Shown: positions 26,415 to 40,231 of the stretch, piece after piece | Layout of the letters: every line of letters starts with the position of its first letter | Numbering within the stretch: position 1 is the first letter of the stretch | Source: Octopus sinensis | Taxonomy: Eukaryota | Assembly (NCBI RefSeq): GCF_006345805.1 | Contig: NC_043001.1 | Span: 53,320,001-53,384,000, forward strand | Length of the DNA: 64,000 bases | Direction: 5' to 3' | Translations under genes and position numbers: made by a program | Notes under the pieces: model-generated | Seen by the model: only the letters and a program-made list of their open reading frames with translations | Databases searched by the model: none | Told to the model about the DNA's origin: nothing

Positions 26415-28262
26415 TACTTGGCGTTTGGAGGCTGACCTTAGAGCGGCTGGTTTCGGTCCCGTGTTCCGCGGTTGGATACCTGCTTTTTACAGAGGCATCC
26501 GTTCGGTAATTCACGTAAATGGACATCTATCGAGACCCTTCGACGTTGCACGTTCGGTCCGTCAAGGATGCCCCCTTCGTCGATTCTATACGTATTGACT
26601 CTCGGGAAACTACTGCGGCAGCTGGCAATGCTGGGGTGCATACCGCGAAAATTGGAATGTGGGACGAGCGTATCTGCATACGCGGACGACGTCACAATCA
26701 TATTGTCTAGTCAGAAACACATCGAGCTGGTCGCGAGGCACTGAAATACTACGAAGCGATAACAGGAGCGAAAATCAACCGGGAATAGTCAGTGGGCTTG
26801 CGGCTCGGCACCTGGAGATGCATGCCCATGCTGTCCATCAAGCGTCCCCGTCATGGGACGCCGGCCGAGTTGCTCGAGGTCTGGTTTGGTACGGACCGCC
26901 AAATGGAGAAGAACTGGAACGAGATAACGAGTTGGGTGGTGACTCTCGCTCGGCAATGGGCCTATAGAAAGCTGTCCCTGAAAAGTCGGGCGGAGGTGGC
27001 GAATACGTACATCGCTTCCGTCATCTACTACCGCCTGACCGTCGTGACTTGTCCCGACACTACCATAACCAAACTAGAACATATCTTCCTCCGCTTCTTG
27101 TGGAAAGGATGCGTTTCGATGGTCAGGCGATCCGTTTGCTGCCAACACTCGTTAAAAGTATGGCTGCGCATGTCGTGGTTGATGATGCGCAGACATTCCC
27201 TGAGACTGCGACATCTCTATGTAGACGACGGTGAACAGGTATGATTGCCGTTTGTGAGCCGCCCTTTCCCGCAGCTTCTCTCCATGATCGAAATGCAGTC
27301 GTGGATCAAAATGAGGCCGAGGAAGGGCGAATAACACCACGAGTGACGCGTTGCTCTCAAGCAAGTATGCCATCCTGGGTCCACCTTGAGCGACTTCAAC
27401 ACTACCAAAGAATTAGGGGGGATTCGACGACGATCTCGGGGCGAACCTGGACGTCGACGAGGAGTACTTGACCCGCCTGTTCAAGACGACGTCCGGGCTG
27501 GGATGTATAATAACCTTCAGAGATCCCTGGTCTGGCAGTGCTATCGAGAAGAGCTACCCGTTTCGGGATAAGCTCTACAGGCATGGCTGGAGAAAGATGC
27601 GGTGAGAGCGACGAAACCGTCCTGCACTCACTCGTGCAGTGTCCAACCATTTCTGACCTGTGGGCCTATGTCGAACGACTGCTATAGCGTTTGGGACGAG
27701 TAGGTTTATCAACCGGGTCTATCGTTAATATTGTCGCACCTCCTTCATTGAAACGGTAAGAAAGAGCCATTTTCATCGTCCTTGTGGCTATGGTGAAAGA
27801 ATGTATATGGTGGCCACGTCTGAATGATCTAGAGACAAACACTTTCCTCTCTGGTCAATCTCTCATCAACTTCTTCAAGTATCACTTGAAGAGGAAGGTG
27901 AAATTAGAGAGGGAAGTTTTGTCTAGTGAATGTTTCAAAGATGGGTGAATGTAGCAAGGATGGCACGAGTGAATGACGGAGCCAGCTTGAGCATAATTCT
28001 ATGAAACAAAAAGGAAAGGAAAAAGGAGAGTCACTTAATGTAATGTGTTTTTGCATGACATGATTACCCAAGGTTTTCTTTCCACAGATAAACCTAATCT
28101 GTTTTCCCATTTTACATTGACATCCCTATTGATCGGCTTTTTTTTACACGATTCCTTTTGATCGAAATTTTACCCACTTTTTTCTCATCTTCCTCCCCAA
28201 AAGAAAAGCTCTACTTTGTATTTTGTCCTCTGTGTGTTCAGCCCTGTGTGGCCAATAAAGAA
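26415..28262 (+). mobile_element. 5'-truncated L1/Tx1-like LINE (RT, CCHC, 3' UTR)
   Basis: VNGHLSRPFDVARSVRQGCPL (RT4), SAYADDVT (RT5), LSLKSRAEVANTYIASVIYY, RCGESDETVLHSLVQCP (zinc knuckle), T-rich 3' UTR and AATAAA near 28253. Several frameshifts. Confidence 0.88.
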
Positions 28263-28922
28263 TCATATTACATCGATAATGTAAATATACAATTCATTAT
28301 TCTACTATTCATTTATTCTCTTCTCAGACACAAAATATTAGTAGTTGATCATTTTTCCTCCTTTTCCGTAAATCTGTTCACATGTACCAACATTTCTTTG
28401 CCTATTGTATTAATCGTTATTTGCTCGTTACGTTATTAATTCGAAAATCTTTATGCAGGCGCAAATCTCAAAATGCCTTCTCCTTCCCACCTCCACAATA
28501 TGGAATTATTACAAATTCTCTTGTTTTACACCTATAATTTCTTCACCGTCTCTTTACTAACATTATTTGCAACATTAGAATATTTGGGTAGCAGCATTCT
28601 AATGTCTGGTTTGTGTTTAAAATATTCATAGTCCCTGCAAAGACTGTACAAGAAGTTCTTTTATATAACATCTTCATTTCAATATTTCCATCTACAAGTG
28701 TAATTTCTTTCTCTACAAATTGTTTTCCCTTCAACTCCTTTTTTCTCGTGCATGTTTATCTTTGTTTTGTACTTGGGTTGTTTTACTACACATTCGATTT
28801 TCCCTTGCAAATTCTTTTATCACGTTTCCCACTTCATACTCTTCTATATCTCTATCACGTTCACACTCTTTGACCTTCTCATTCTTTGTCTATTTTTCCC
28901 TATGTTCTCCCTCTCACTCCCT

Positions 28923-28965
<43 letters not shown>

Positions 28966-29239
28966 TTCTCATGCATTTGTGGCATATGTTTCTCTTCTCC
29001 CCCAACCTACACCGGTAGTTTTTTTCTCATTACATCTTTCATTTCTACTCTCTGGCCCTTTCAGTTATTCCTTGACAACATTAACATTCGGAAACGTCAA
29101 TTATATTAAATCACATTTCCTTTATTCCATACACTGATAAAACAATCTCCTCTTTCTTTCTTCCTTTTTTTCACATCCTTTTTTTCGTTCTCTCTCTGTT
29201 TCTTTGTCTTTCTCCATCTCACTCTATATTTCTCAATCT

Positions 29240-29930
29240 TCCACAACAAATATCCACACAGCACTCAAACAATACAAACAGCGCCAACATCACCGCAAAA
29301 ACCACAATCAAATCCATTACTAGCCTAACCTTCTCTGTTAGAACAAATACTATTACCATTATTAATAAAACTACCGCCGCTACTAAAGTGATCCTTATGA
29401 ACTTTTCCCCACCAGCAATTCACCATTAAAATTTCTATCACCATTAACACTCTGCTACCAGTACCATCCCAAAAAACTAATACTACCACCTTCACAAAAA
29501 TTATCACCAACGACAACATCATCACCCTGATAAATTCTATTATAACCTACATTATCTCTACCATCGACATCATCAGCACACACCTAAAATAATCCTAAGC
29601 AACTCTAGCATAGCCAACACCACACAACCGCCAATATCATTATCAGCACAACAAATACTACCGTAAAACCTACTACCACTACTACATCCCTACAACCAGG
29701 ACCCCAAAAGATTTTGACCTCACCAATATGACCACTAATGTTGTTATGACCAACCTCACTACCACGATCAACAATAACAGAACAGCGACAATACCAAATG
29801 TATAAACGCGATCACAACACCACCAGCAACAATACAAGAACGGTTCAAAACTGCATCTTTGGCAGCACCAACATGACTAGCAACACCTTTCCCATCCACA
29901 CTATCACCGACACTGTTTCACGTATAAACA
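29240..29930. repeat. Decayed (ACC/AAC/ATC)n low-complexity tract
   Basis: A/C-skewed triplet periodicity; no meaningful ORF. Confidence 0.7.
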
Positions 29931-30051
29931 CTTGAAAGATAAAAACAATCCGCTATACTTAGCATTGTTCCAGCCTCTTTATTTCGTTATCCGCAGCATT
30001 CATTCCCCCTTCTCACCGTGTCTTCTTACTCTCTTTCGGTCTTTGACACTT

Positions 30052-30095
<44 letters not shown>

Positions 30096-30349
30096 CCTAA
30101 CACTCTCCCTGACACGCTCTCCCTCCCTGGCATTCTTCTTCCATTCCAAATAAGTCTTGTATATTTCCTTTGTCCTAGTAGCCAGTCCTGGCGGTTGTTT
30201 TGCTGCTCAGTGGACTCAACGTTGTTGAATATAAATTATACATAAATAGGGTATAGGTCTGTGTAAGCGTATATTTTTGGAGAGACGTCAGCGGTTGTGT
30301 ATCGTTGGATACAGCTGAGTATGGAAATGGTTGTAACACTGTTTCTCAC

Positions 30350-30603
30350 GATACTAATGTTAATGATGTTGTTGTTGTTGATGGTGGTGGCTGACTGGTG
30401 ATCATTACCATCCTAGTCATCATCATCATCATCATAATTGTGATCGTCATTGTGATGATCATAACGAAACATTGGCACCCATGACGCCGAGGAGTGCCAA
30501 GATGATGACATTCAAGTGACAACAAAGATGGTGCTATTGATGATGACGGTGATGATGAGGATGATTCTGAAGCTCATGGAGGTGTTGATCAAAATGGTGC
30601 TAC

Positions 30604-30643
<40 letters not shown>

Positions 30644-30690
30644 AATGATGGTGATGGTGGTGGTGATGATGATGATGATGATGATGTAAA
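30350..30690. repeat. Decayed (GAT/GGT/CAT)n microsatellite
   Basis: Directly visible. Confidence 0.85.
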
Positions 30691-31224
30691 TCTATAATGT
30701 TACTGTCACATTTGATACGTCCTAACATTCATAACATTTAATATAAACCTTATAATTTTTTTGCAGACGGAGGTTAACATCAGAATCGTACTTACTATGT
30801 AAACAACTTGAAAGAAGGAAAACAAAATGTAACAATGCGGAATGGGGACGCAAAACATAAAACGATATAAACAAGTACCATATAACTGTTATCCTGTTTT
30901 GAGGCCTAAGATTTCGTGATTCGGGACAAAATTTTCAGTTTGGAGATTTACTCCATCAAAAGGTAAACAAACTCGTCATATTTAACCATGTTCAGCAGAT
31001 GCTCCCCACACTCTTTGAAATAGCTCCTATTCTGCTCTCTGTTGTCTCAGTCTTACAATGCTGATTTTCCCATCTATATGGACATAAAAATTGAGAAATA
31101 TGAATGATGTGGTCATGTGCAAAAGAGGATGGGGCGCAGACTGATTGAGCTGGTACAGGCATAAAGAGGGAAATCATTCACCGGTGATGATGGCAAAAAG
31201 TATATTGGTATTGGCGGTGCAGAT

Positions 31225-31620
31225 AGGCTTGCTACCTCGAGCATAATCCTATGAACCCGGAAAAATTTTAAACAGAGAGTTACTTGCAAATAAATGTGTT
31301 AATATGTAATATTAATGACCGAGGTTACCGTGGTCTTCTCCGTAGGCTTTTCTTTCCATGGATAAACCTTATCTGCTTGCCCCTTTACACTTTACATCAT
31401 GACATTTCTGTGATACACGATCCCCGTTGATCGTTTTTTCTTTTGTTTTTTTCCGTCTTTTCATTTTTTCTTTTGTCTTTTTTTTTCCTTTCTACGATCA
31501 ATTTTGATTGAAGACCTACCTCACTCCCTTTTTTTCTTTTTTTTCTCCCCAAAGAGAAAAGCTCTACTTTGTAATTTGTCCCGTCTGTATCCAGCGCTGT
31601 GTGGCTAATAAAGAAACATA
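31225..31620 (+). mobile_element. L1/Tx1-like 3' UTR fragment, same family as 26415-28262
   Basis: Shares gagcataat(c/t)ctatgaa, ccccaaa(g)agaaaagctctactttgta and tgtggc(t/c)aataaagaa with 27990-28262. Confidence 0.8.
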
Positions 31621-31689
31621 TCCTATCCATACAGGGTCATTATTGAGCTGCCAACATGAACCACCGTAATGACAAAGCCTCCTTAAGGA

Positions 31690-32130
31690 CAATTGTCAAG
31701 CACAGGTCCAAGAACCATAGTGACTGTGGTGACTGGAGTCCAGTGAAAAAGGTGAATGACAAGCGTTATCCCCCCAAAACAATTCCCTGCCAAAATTTGT
31801 CCTGGATAAAATGAAGCCTGTGTTTCTAGCCTAACCTTATCTGAGGACAAACTCTTGGATAAGTACCTGCAAAGAGGATCACGAAATAACAATGAATCAT
31901 TGCACAACTTAGTTTGTAAAGAGTGTCCTAAATCAACATTTGTCAGGCGATTGTGCCTGGAGTTAGCTGTCCATGATGTCATTATAGTTTTCAATCAAGG
32001 AGAAATTGCAAGGATAGCTATCTGAAAATGTAGGCCTCAGCTATGGCCATCATCTGAGAGAGAGACTGAGACAAGTTGATGAGCAGTGAGTGCAAAAAGC
32101 ATATGTGCCTGGACAGAAATCCATAACCGA
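31690..32130 (+). pseudogene. Mutator-like (MULE/Phantom-type) transposase C-terminal remnant
   Basis: MKPVFLA..SEDKLLDKYLQRGSRNNNESLHNLVCKECPKSTFVRRLCLELAVHDVIIVFNQGE (one frameshift) follows the IKPIxxxLSxxxLLxxCLxGxTQNxNESxxxxIWxxxPKxxF...LExAVxxAVxxFNxG pattern. Confidence 0.7.
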
Positions 32131-32635
32131 AACAAGACATAAGCGTACTCAGATAGCAAAATCTCATAAAAATAGCAAACGATATGCCACTGGGAAGTTA
32201 TCAGACTATGCAAAACTGCAAATATTTCACTAAAATGTGGATATTACCATGTTGGCATTTTAATTTAGAGCATATTATCTATGATAGTTTTGTAGAAGAA
32301 TTCACAAAAAATAAGGGTGTTTTTGCCTTGTCGTTCGTCTGGCGGTCAGTTTGAATTTATAATTAGACCATGAATAAATAATGTGGATATTTGAAAATTA
32401 TGGTTTTGGATAGAATTTACATTGGCTTGTCTGAGTTTTATTCCCGCTGAGTGAGAGCATCTTCAATTTAGGGCTGTTTTCTTACGTCTGAAGGGTTACT
32501 CTTCCCTTAAGCATTGTAGCACATGATTCATTTATAAAAATATTCTATTAGCCTCGGGATTATGTTGCCAGTCACTATATTTCATATTTGTTGGTTTCAC
32601 CTATTGTTAGCAATAAAAGAATATGATTTCGGTCT

Positions 32636-33070
32636 ACCCAATAATCCTTTCTATTAAGGCCTGAAATTTCTGAAGGAGAAGACTAGTCGATTAGATCGAT
32701 GCGAGTATTTCACTGGTACATGATTTATCGACACTGGAAAGATAAAAAGCACATTCGACCTTAGCAAAATTTGAACTCACAACGTAAGGCCAGACGAAAT
32801 GCCGCAAAGTATTTTCCTGGAGTGGGAACGGTTCTGTCAGTTTCCCGCCTTTGTCTATCCAGTAATAAACATAATTATCTCCTATAGGTACAAGTCCTGA
32901 GATTTTACAGGAGGGTATTATACGACTTCATCATCCACAGAGCTCATATGTTGTATATTTTATCGACCACGAAGGATAAAAGGCATGTCCACATCGGTGG
33001 AATTTGATCTCCTGGTGTATTGAGTCGGAAGATATACTGCTGAGCATTTTGTCTTACAGGTTCACGATTG
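32636..33070 (-). mobile_element. Two tandem decayed SINE family B copies
   Basis: Each has an aataatccttt...ggcctgaaatt-type tail and an atttgaactca core; followed by (AAT)n. Confidence 0.7.
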
Positions 33071-33085
33071 AGACACCTCAATACC

Positions 33086-33148
<63 letters not shown>

Positions 33149-33209
33149 TAATAATAATAATGATGAAGATGATGATGATGATGATGATGATGATGATAAT
33201 AATAATAAT

Positions 33210-34862
33210 CTTGTCATTTGTTGTAGCCTTGGTCCCATTTTCTGTATTCCTATGAAAAGTTAACGCGCATTATGAGCCGAGAAAGAATGAACCTCGTCTC
33301 ACCCACTTTCTGTTTATGGATTATTTAAAACTGTTCGCAAAAAAACAAAGCCTGAAATGGAAAGGCTGATTGAGACTGTACAAATGTGCAGCAAGGATAT
33401 AGGGATGGAATTTGGAATCTCAAAGTGCGCGATGCTCACTTTGAAATGGAGGAAGAGAGCAAATTGTAGGGCATAAAATTGCCAAACGGAGAGAGAATGG
33501 AAGGCGCGAATGAAGATAGATAGAAATATCTTGGGATTCTGCAACTGGCCACTATCTTGCACAGAGAAATTAAAGACAAGGTCATTACTGAGCCTCAAAC
33601 TTTTCTTAAAATCAAAACTCAACCTTGTGACTGCCTTCAACGTACACAAGCTCTACATTAAGAGGTGTAATTTTGACATGGGCTAATTAGCGTACGGGAG
33701 TGCATCAAGAGTGGAAGAAGAAACATGGCAGAATATAAAGAAATAAACAAAACATACTTCAGTATGCTGCTAATGCAAGAGGATTTACCAAAAGTGAATT
33801 TGCGATTTCTCATAAATTCCGATCACGAACAGCCAACGAAAGAGAAGAAACCCTACTCTGTGGAATTACATGGTCAGTTCTACCGTGAAACTAACAAGTT
33901 AAAAAAAAACACACAGGAAGTATTATGGAGGTGCATCAGCAAGGGCGACCTAAAAATTAAGACTGAAAGCCTAATCATCACTGACCAGGATCAGGCATTG
34001 GAAAGCAATTCAGTGAAAAGGAATATATATCACACAACTGCAACAAACCTCTGCAGAACGTCTGGGAAGATTGTTGAAAGCGTGACTCACATTGTTAATG
34101 CCTGTGAAAGTCTTGCACAGGAAGAGCACAAGCGCAGATACGACAAGGTAGCTCAAAACTTGCACTGGCTGCTGTGCCGGAAGTATGGATCTGCTTTAAT
34201 GGGTCCTTAGTACTAACTTAAATTGGAAAAGGTAATGAACGAAAAGGGGAAGGCAAAAATCCTCTGGAACTTCGACTTCCAGACACACAAATTGTTTGAG
34301 CACTGAAGGACAGACATTGTAACCTTTAGGGCTGTCAAATATAACGAGCAAACATGAAATTAGGAATAAATAAATAACTATTGATGTTACGTCAAAACAA
34401 ATGTGATTTTTGTATTTATTGGCAAAAACTGGATATATGAACATTGAAAAAAACAAATACACAAAACATGTGTTACGTTATGTAATCGATGTGTCAGTGC
34501 CAGGAGATCAGCATATTGGTATGAAAGCAAGAGAAAAGATCGATAAATATTGAGATGTCAGAATTGAGATCATAAAGATGTGTGAATTAATAGAGTCAAA
34601 CATAAAGTTTGTCCCTATGGTCATCAGAGCATTGAGTTGAATATCACCCAACCTGAAAAAAACATCTTGAAACATTATAAGTACTCTACAATTTAAAAGT
34701 ATTGGAAAAGATCGGCATTACTTGGAACTGCATGCATATTGTGTAAAGTAGTACTATTTGTCCGAGGTCCTTGTTGTGATTTGACAGACAGTACAAACCC
34801 TCGGTAGACACAATAGTATCAATCAATAACATCACGATATAGAATACTGTGTGAAGTCTTAT
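33210..34862 (+). mobile_element. Decayed R4/Dong-like retrotransposon (third RT-containing plus-strand copy)
   Basis: HFLFMDYLKLF (decayed YMDD region), DIGMEFGISKCA, ESVTHIVNACESLAQEEHKRRYDKVAQNLHW, ILWNFDFQT. Begins after (AAT)n/(GAT)n and ends at (TAA)n. Confidence 0.88.
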
Positions 34863-34896
34863 ATAATAATAATAATGATAATAATAATAATAATAA

Positions 34897-34942
<46 letters not shown>

Positions 34943-34961
34943 AGTAGTAGTAGTAGTGGTG

Positions 34962-35014
<53 letters not shown>

Positions 35015-35015
<1 letters not shown>

Positions 35016-35550
35016 AACCAAGTACTGACACACATGGCTTCAGATCGTAACTGATTTGAAGTGTTATTACGTACATGTTTGTCTTGGTATAAAAGATGGG
35101 CTACAGCAAATATTCTGCTCAATACCACATATTTGCTTATCAGTTGTTTGACCTGAAGCAGTTGAGCATGTGACTTAGTGGCTGACGGTACGTTCATTTC
35201 TGTTAACCAGCAGAAGTAGTGTGGGACATTCGTAGCCATGTGTTGATAGGAAGTCTTTTGAGTATGAGTAATTCACCTCTAGAAACATGGATGTTTCGTT
35301 CAGCATCCTTAGACAACCCTAAGGACCTTTTGTGCCGATGGGCTACTCAATCTAAAGAAAATTCTAAATGCGCTCCACCTACAAGGTCATGCGCTGTTAA
35401 TCTTGATATGAGATCGCCATGTCGCGAAAATATGGTTGTGATGCATGTGCTCGGTTTAACTTTAGCAGAAAGATAGTCATGATAGGTATACTGGGCTTCG
35501 TATATTTTACCCAAGTATCACTCTGGTGGCATGCGCTCCTCACTCACTCA
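35015..35550 (+). repeat. Unclassified ~540-bp non-coding interspersed repeat (copy 1 of 3)
   Basis: ttggtataaaagatgg...cttagtggctgac...aattcacctct.gaaacatg...ctcactca, then (AAT). Matches 56632-57064 and 57275-57606. Confidence 0.85.
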
Positions 35551-35805
35551 ATAATGATGATGATGATGATAATAATAATAAGAAGAAGAAGAAGAGGAGG
35601 AGGAGGAGGAGGAGGAGGTGGAAGAAGAAGAAGAAGAAGACGAGGAGGAGGAGGAAGAAGAAGAAGAAGAGTAAGAAGAAGAAGAGCAAGAAGAAGAGTA
35701 AGAAGAAGAGTAAGAAGAAGGGTAAGAAGAAGAGTAAGAAGAAGAAGAGGAACAAGAACAAGAAAAAGAACAACAACAACTAGAACAACAACAACAACAA
35801 CAACC
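35551..35805. repeat. Compound (GAT/AAG/GAG/AAC)n microsatellite
   Basis: Directly visible. Confidence 0.95.
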
Positions 35806-38112
35806 ACTCTGAAATGAATATGGAAATGCCAAGACTGTTTGGAATGCGAGAGGGTAATGCATAGTTGATACTGGTTATGATCGCGTTTTTTTGTATCAAT
35901 GCCATTGGACTTCAAGACTCCTTAAAGTGGCTGAAAAAGCCATGCAAGATTGCTTTCATGCAAAAGTCATTCTTGCTGACACATTGTTTGGAAAGTATTG
36001 TTTGTCTGCAGTAGTTGTTGTGACTTTACCGATGACTAAATATTTCAGTGTATTTTCTATCTACTCTAATCATAATATTTTCAAATTTCGGCAAAAGACC
36101 AGTAGCTATTAGGGTAGGTATTAGTGGAGACCATCCATCCTAGTTGTACGTTATTCTGCTGATCCCTAAGAATGAAAGTTCTTCTAGCTCTCTGCCTTTG
36201 ATTCTTAGTTACAAGGTCAGCTAATGAAAGAGTATTAGTCACTTACATCTACCCAAGCTCTCTGTGCGCTCTATGACAAAAAAAAATATATAGCAAATTT
36301 TACTTCCGCAGAACTTGAACCAGGGTAAATATTTCAAGGTATTTTGTGTGATGCCCCTGACAATTTTGCCAATTAACGTTTCTAAATAAAAATCTCTAAT
36401 TTAGGCACAACGCCTGCTGCTATTGGCAAGAAAGGTTACTGGGGCCCGTGTAATCAACTGATAACTTACCTCCCATATTTCAGGCCCCATTTCTCAATTC
36501 GAAGTTATCAAATGTGCAACAGGTTGTATCGATCGATAGAGAATCAGAAAACTACTTTGCGGTATTTACTCACATCCTCATATCTGTTTGCCTTGCATCA
36601 TTACAGAGCTTATAAAATAACGTACCAGTCAAGAAGTAGGTCAATGATATCTACTGCTCCCTGTAGAATCTAATTTGTTGACCGTATGCCAAAATCAGAA
36701 ACCTTTGGGAGCTAGCTGCTAGAATCAGTAAATTGTCAGAATAAAAACTTTACCGAACTTGCTCCGCCTTTTTAAATCGTTCAATTCTCACTGAGTTCTA
36801 CATTGTTTTTCCTCTTTTCAAGATCGATAAATTCAAGTACCGGTCAAGTGTTGAAGTCGATGGTAACTTTCTCCCAAACTTGCTGGACTTGTGGCTAAAT
36901 TAGAATAATACGATTAACACTATAAAATTTAATTTAAAGCAGTTGTAACCCATTATGCTCTGAATTCTACTCGAACTACAATTCGCTAGCGCTTTCATCT
37001 TTTGGATTGAAAGAGATACTTTAAGCAAAGTACCAGGGTCAATTTAAATTACTGCGTTTCATCTCTTAATTTCAATTTAGATATTTATGGATAGATATTT
37101 ATGGCTTTCTTCGAACGTTAGAAAACATAGGCTATGTTTAGTTGTATTATTATAAAATCTAAGACGGATATCATTTTGTCCCAAACTGCCTTCTTCTAAA
37201 TTGCAAATTCGACAGTGCGTATAATAAAATAATTTTGGAGGCTTTTTGTCCCGGACATATGAATTTTGAGTTCATATACCATCCTGCTTGCTTTACTTCT
37301 TCCCGGGGTCGATAAGTGCTTTAATGTAATGATGCAGAGTAAATCAATTACAACTACATTTATGTGTAGCCTTCCACATTTTGCTTGGCGCTCTGCTGAT
37401 GATATACCTTAGAGCCGTTTCGTCATTTTATTTTTAGAAATTATTATTAAATTAATATTATTTTTAGGAAAGAAACAGTAGTCTGTATTATATTACAATT
37501 CAATTATGAAAAATCTTATAATGTTTTCAATACAAATTATGCTTGCGTAACTGTGTGCGTGTGTTATGCGGGTGTGAGTTTGTGCATTGTTTGTGGAGTG
37601 CACGATTATCTGCATATGTGTATGGCTTTGTAAGTATACATACATAACATTTATCAGTTCGACATACGCTGCATAATAATTTAAGAAAACATATTTAAAT
37701 ATGACATTTTTCCGAAGAGTTTGTTACGTCATATTTGATTTTTGGCTTAATAAAAATATCCTTTTTAAATTCTCAGCTTAATGCTATGTTTTTGAATTAA
37801 GTAAAAAATAAAGACAATGTATTTTTCGTGATTGAATCGAATATTCAGATCCCATGTACATTTACAGTGATGAATCGTTGTAGGGATTTATTACGAGCGA
37901 ATTGAAAGTGAGGAAATTACAGTGACGAGAGTGTGGCCGTTGAAATATTTTATTATTTGGTTATCACGTGATATGTTCCAAGTTCAGATTCTGTCAAATA
38001 ATAGGCGTTGGGTCGATTCACTATAATTTTAATCTATACTGTTGCCTTGTGCACATGATATGCATGTATATTGCTACTATATAATACACTATATAATTAC
38101 ATGGTGTGACAT

Positions 38113-38359
38113 CACGTGATCACATAACCGTCCAGACTATCGGATGCTGTTACACATCGCCCGTCACAATGCACTTCGCATTGATTTAGACATCAAATGA
38201 CGCCACTCTGCTGGCTAGGCAAGCAGGCCGACGCTTTCCCTTGATGGAGAAAGTACTGGAGCAACGTGAAATGAAGTGTTTTGCTAAAGAACACAACGCA
38301 CCGCTCGGTCTGGGAATCGAATCCACAAACTGGTGACCGTGAGTGCAACAACCTAACAA
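38113..38359 (-). mobile_element. tRNA-derived SINE (third family) with 10-bp flanking direct repeat
   Basis: Minus-strand B-box-like gattcgattcccag and agcaaaacacttcatttcacgttgctcc core; ggtgtgacat at 38103-38112 and 38360-38369. Confidence 0.75.
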
Positions 38360-39219
38360 GGTGTGACATATTATTCCATTACACGAAGGAGCCTATCACG
38401 TGAGGAAGTCATGCATGGGTATCGTAACAGAGAGCGTGTCTTGAGTATTGTAAAAACAACAGAAGCAATATCTGTGAAAAAAAATGACTTAACCAATTTC
38501 TTCCAGAAAAAAGAGACAATAAACAAGATACAACGATATTGTTGAAGAGGTTGTTTATTTATTGACCATGAATGAACGAAAGTTACAATTACTGCCAATG
38601 AGATTTGAATTCAGAGCACAGTAATTAGTAACACATACTTTAAACTCTTTCTAAACCATGTTTTAATGACCCTACAATGTCAGCGTCTTACTGATTTAAA
38701 TGTATACTAAAGGAAAGTAATGAAGTTTCGAACACAATAAATGCCTATTAGCAATTAAATCCATTCATGTTCTACTCTCTGATCCAAATAAAGTATAAAC
38801 TAATTTACTATTCCGCTGAGGTTTATTGAAATAAGTACCCTGTACAAAGAAAGCATTTCGCTGATTGAAACCGATAAGGGTGATGTGACAATTGTGGGCA
38901 CAAAAAACCGTCAGGTTTCAGTAACATCTTAGGGTCCATAAAAGTGTGTAATATTCGACAAAGCAAATCGAGAGACACAATAAATGAAAAATAGGACGGA
39001 ATGGTTTAGGCTGAATTATCTAGTCATCACTTTGAATAGAGGATGATTTGATAGTATACATAGTGTATTTGCTGTTTCATTAAAATGCCAACGTAGTAAC
39101 AAACAGAAACCTTTTCCGTCTTAACATCGTTGATAAACATTCAGGACGTGATAGATCGATAGATAGATAAAGAGAGAGTGAGAGAGTGAGAGAGAGTGTG
39201 TGTGTGTGTGTGTGTGTGC

Positions 39220-39257
<38 letters not shown>

Positions 39258-39815
39258 CGTTTGTACAAGCAGAAGCCTGGTATTTTATCCATCATGAAGG
39301 GGTAAAAATCAACGTTGAATTTGCCGAGTTTTGAACGCAGGCTAACGAAGACCGGAAGCAGTATCGTAAAATTCTATGCACATATCAAACAACTATGTCA
39401 ATTGACTGCCTCGGATTAACTGAAACACATGTTTTTAAATCAATTATAAAGAAATAAGATTCGTTCAAGTATTTGAATATGTTTTTTATTTCTTTCAGCT
39501 GAAATATATAATTATCGATGTTTGTTTAATTATAAATTTCACAAAAACTAATAAATTTATGTATATTTACATTTGACTGTACATAAGCGATGACAATGGA
39601 ACGGCTAGTCTAACGTACAATCTGCTAACAAAAAATCAGCCAAAGGCATATAAAAGATAATAAGACGTTTCTGTCTAACAAATTAAAAAAAATAAAAGAC
39701 CTTGGAAGTTTTACTACGGAATACATAGGATTGATACGGGTGGATCAGAATTCTACATGATGCGGATAAGAAATATAAACGAGATCAAAATAAAGGGCAA
39801 CGATATTACTAGCAA

Positions 39816-40231
39816 CAGAAGGCGGTTAGTTGGCAGAATCGTTAGCATGACGGGCAATATCATTAGCAGGATTTTCTTTTACGTTTTGAGTTCAAATTAC
39901 GCCTACTTCGACTTTGCCTCTCATCCAATCGCGATCGATAAATTTAGTACCAGGTGAGCATTCAGATCGACGTAATTAACTAAACTCCTCCCTAAAACTG
40001 TTGCCTTTATGCGAAAATTTGTCGCCAGTATTACTAACGTAAGTAGAAGGACGAACTGGCAGAATTGTCAGCTTGCCGGTTACGATGCTTAGCGACATTT
40101 CGTTCGTCTCTACGTTCTGAGTTCAAATTCCGCCATTTCAGGATAAATAAGTACCAGATGAACACTGAGATCGAAGTAATCGACTTACCAGTTCCCACGA
40201 AATTACTAGCATTGCGCAAAATGGTAAACCA
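39816..40231 (+). mobile_element. Tandem pair of SINE family B copies bounded by a 13-bp direct repeat
   Basis: Two head+core units; atattactagcaa at 39803-39815 and 40232-40244. Confidence 0.75.
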
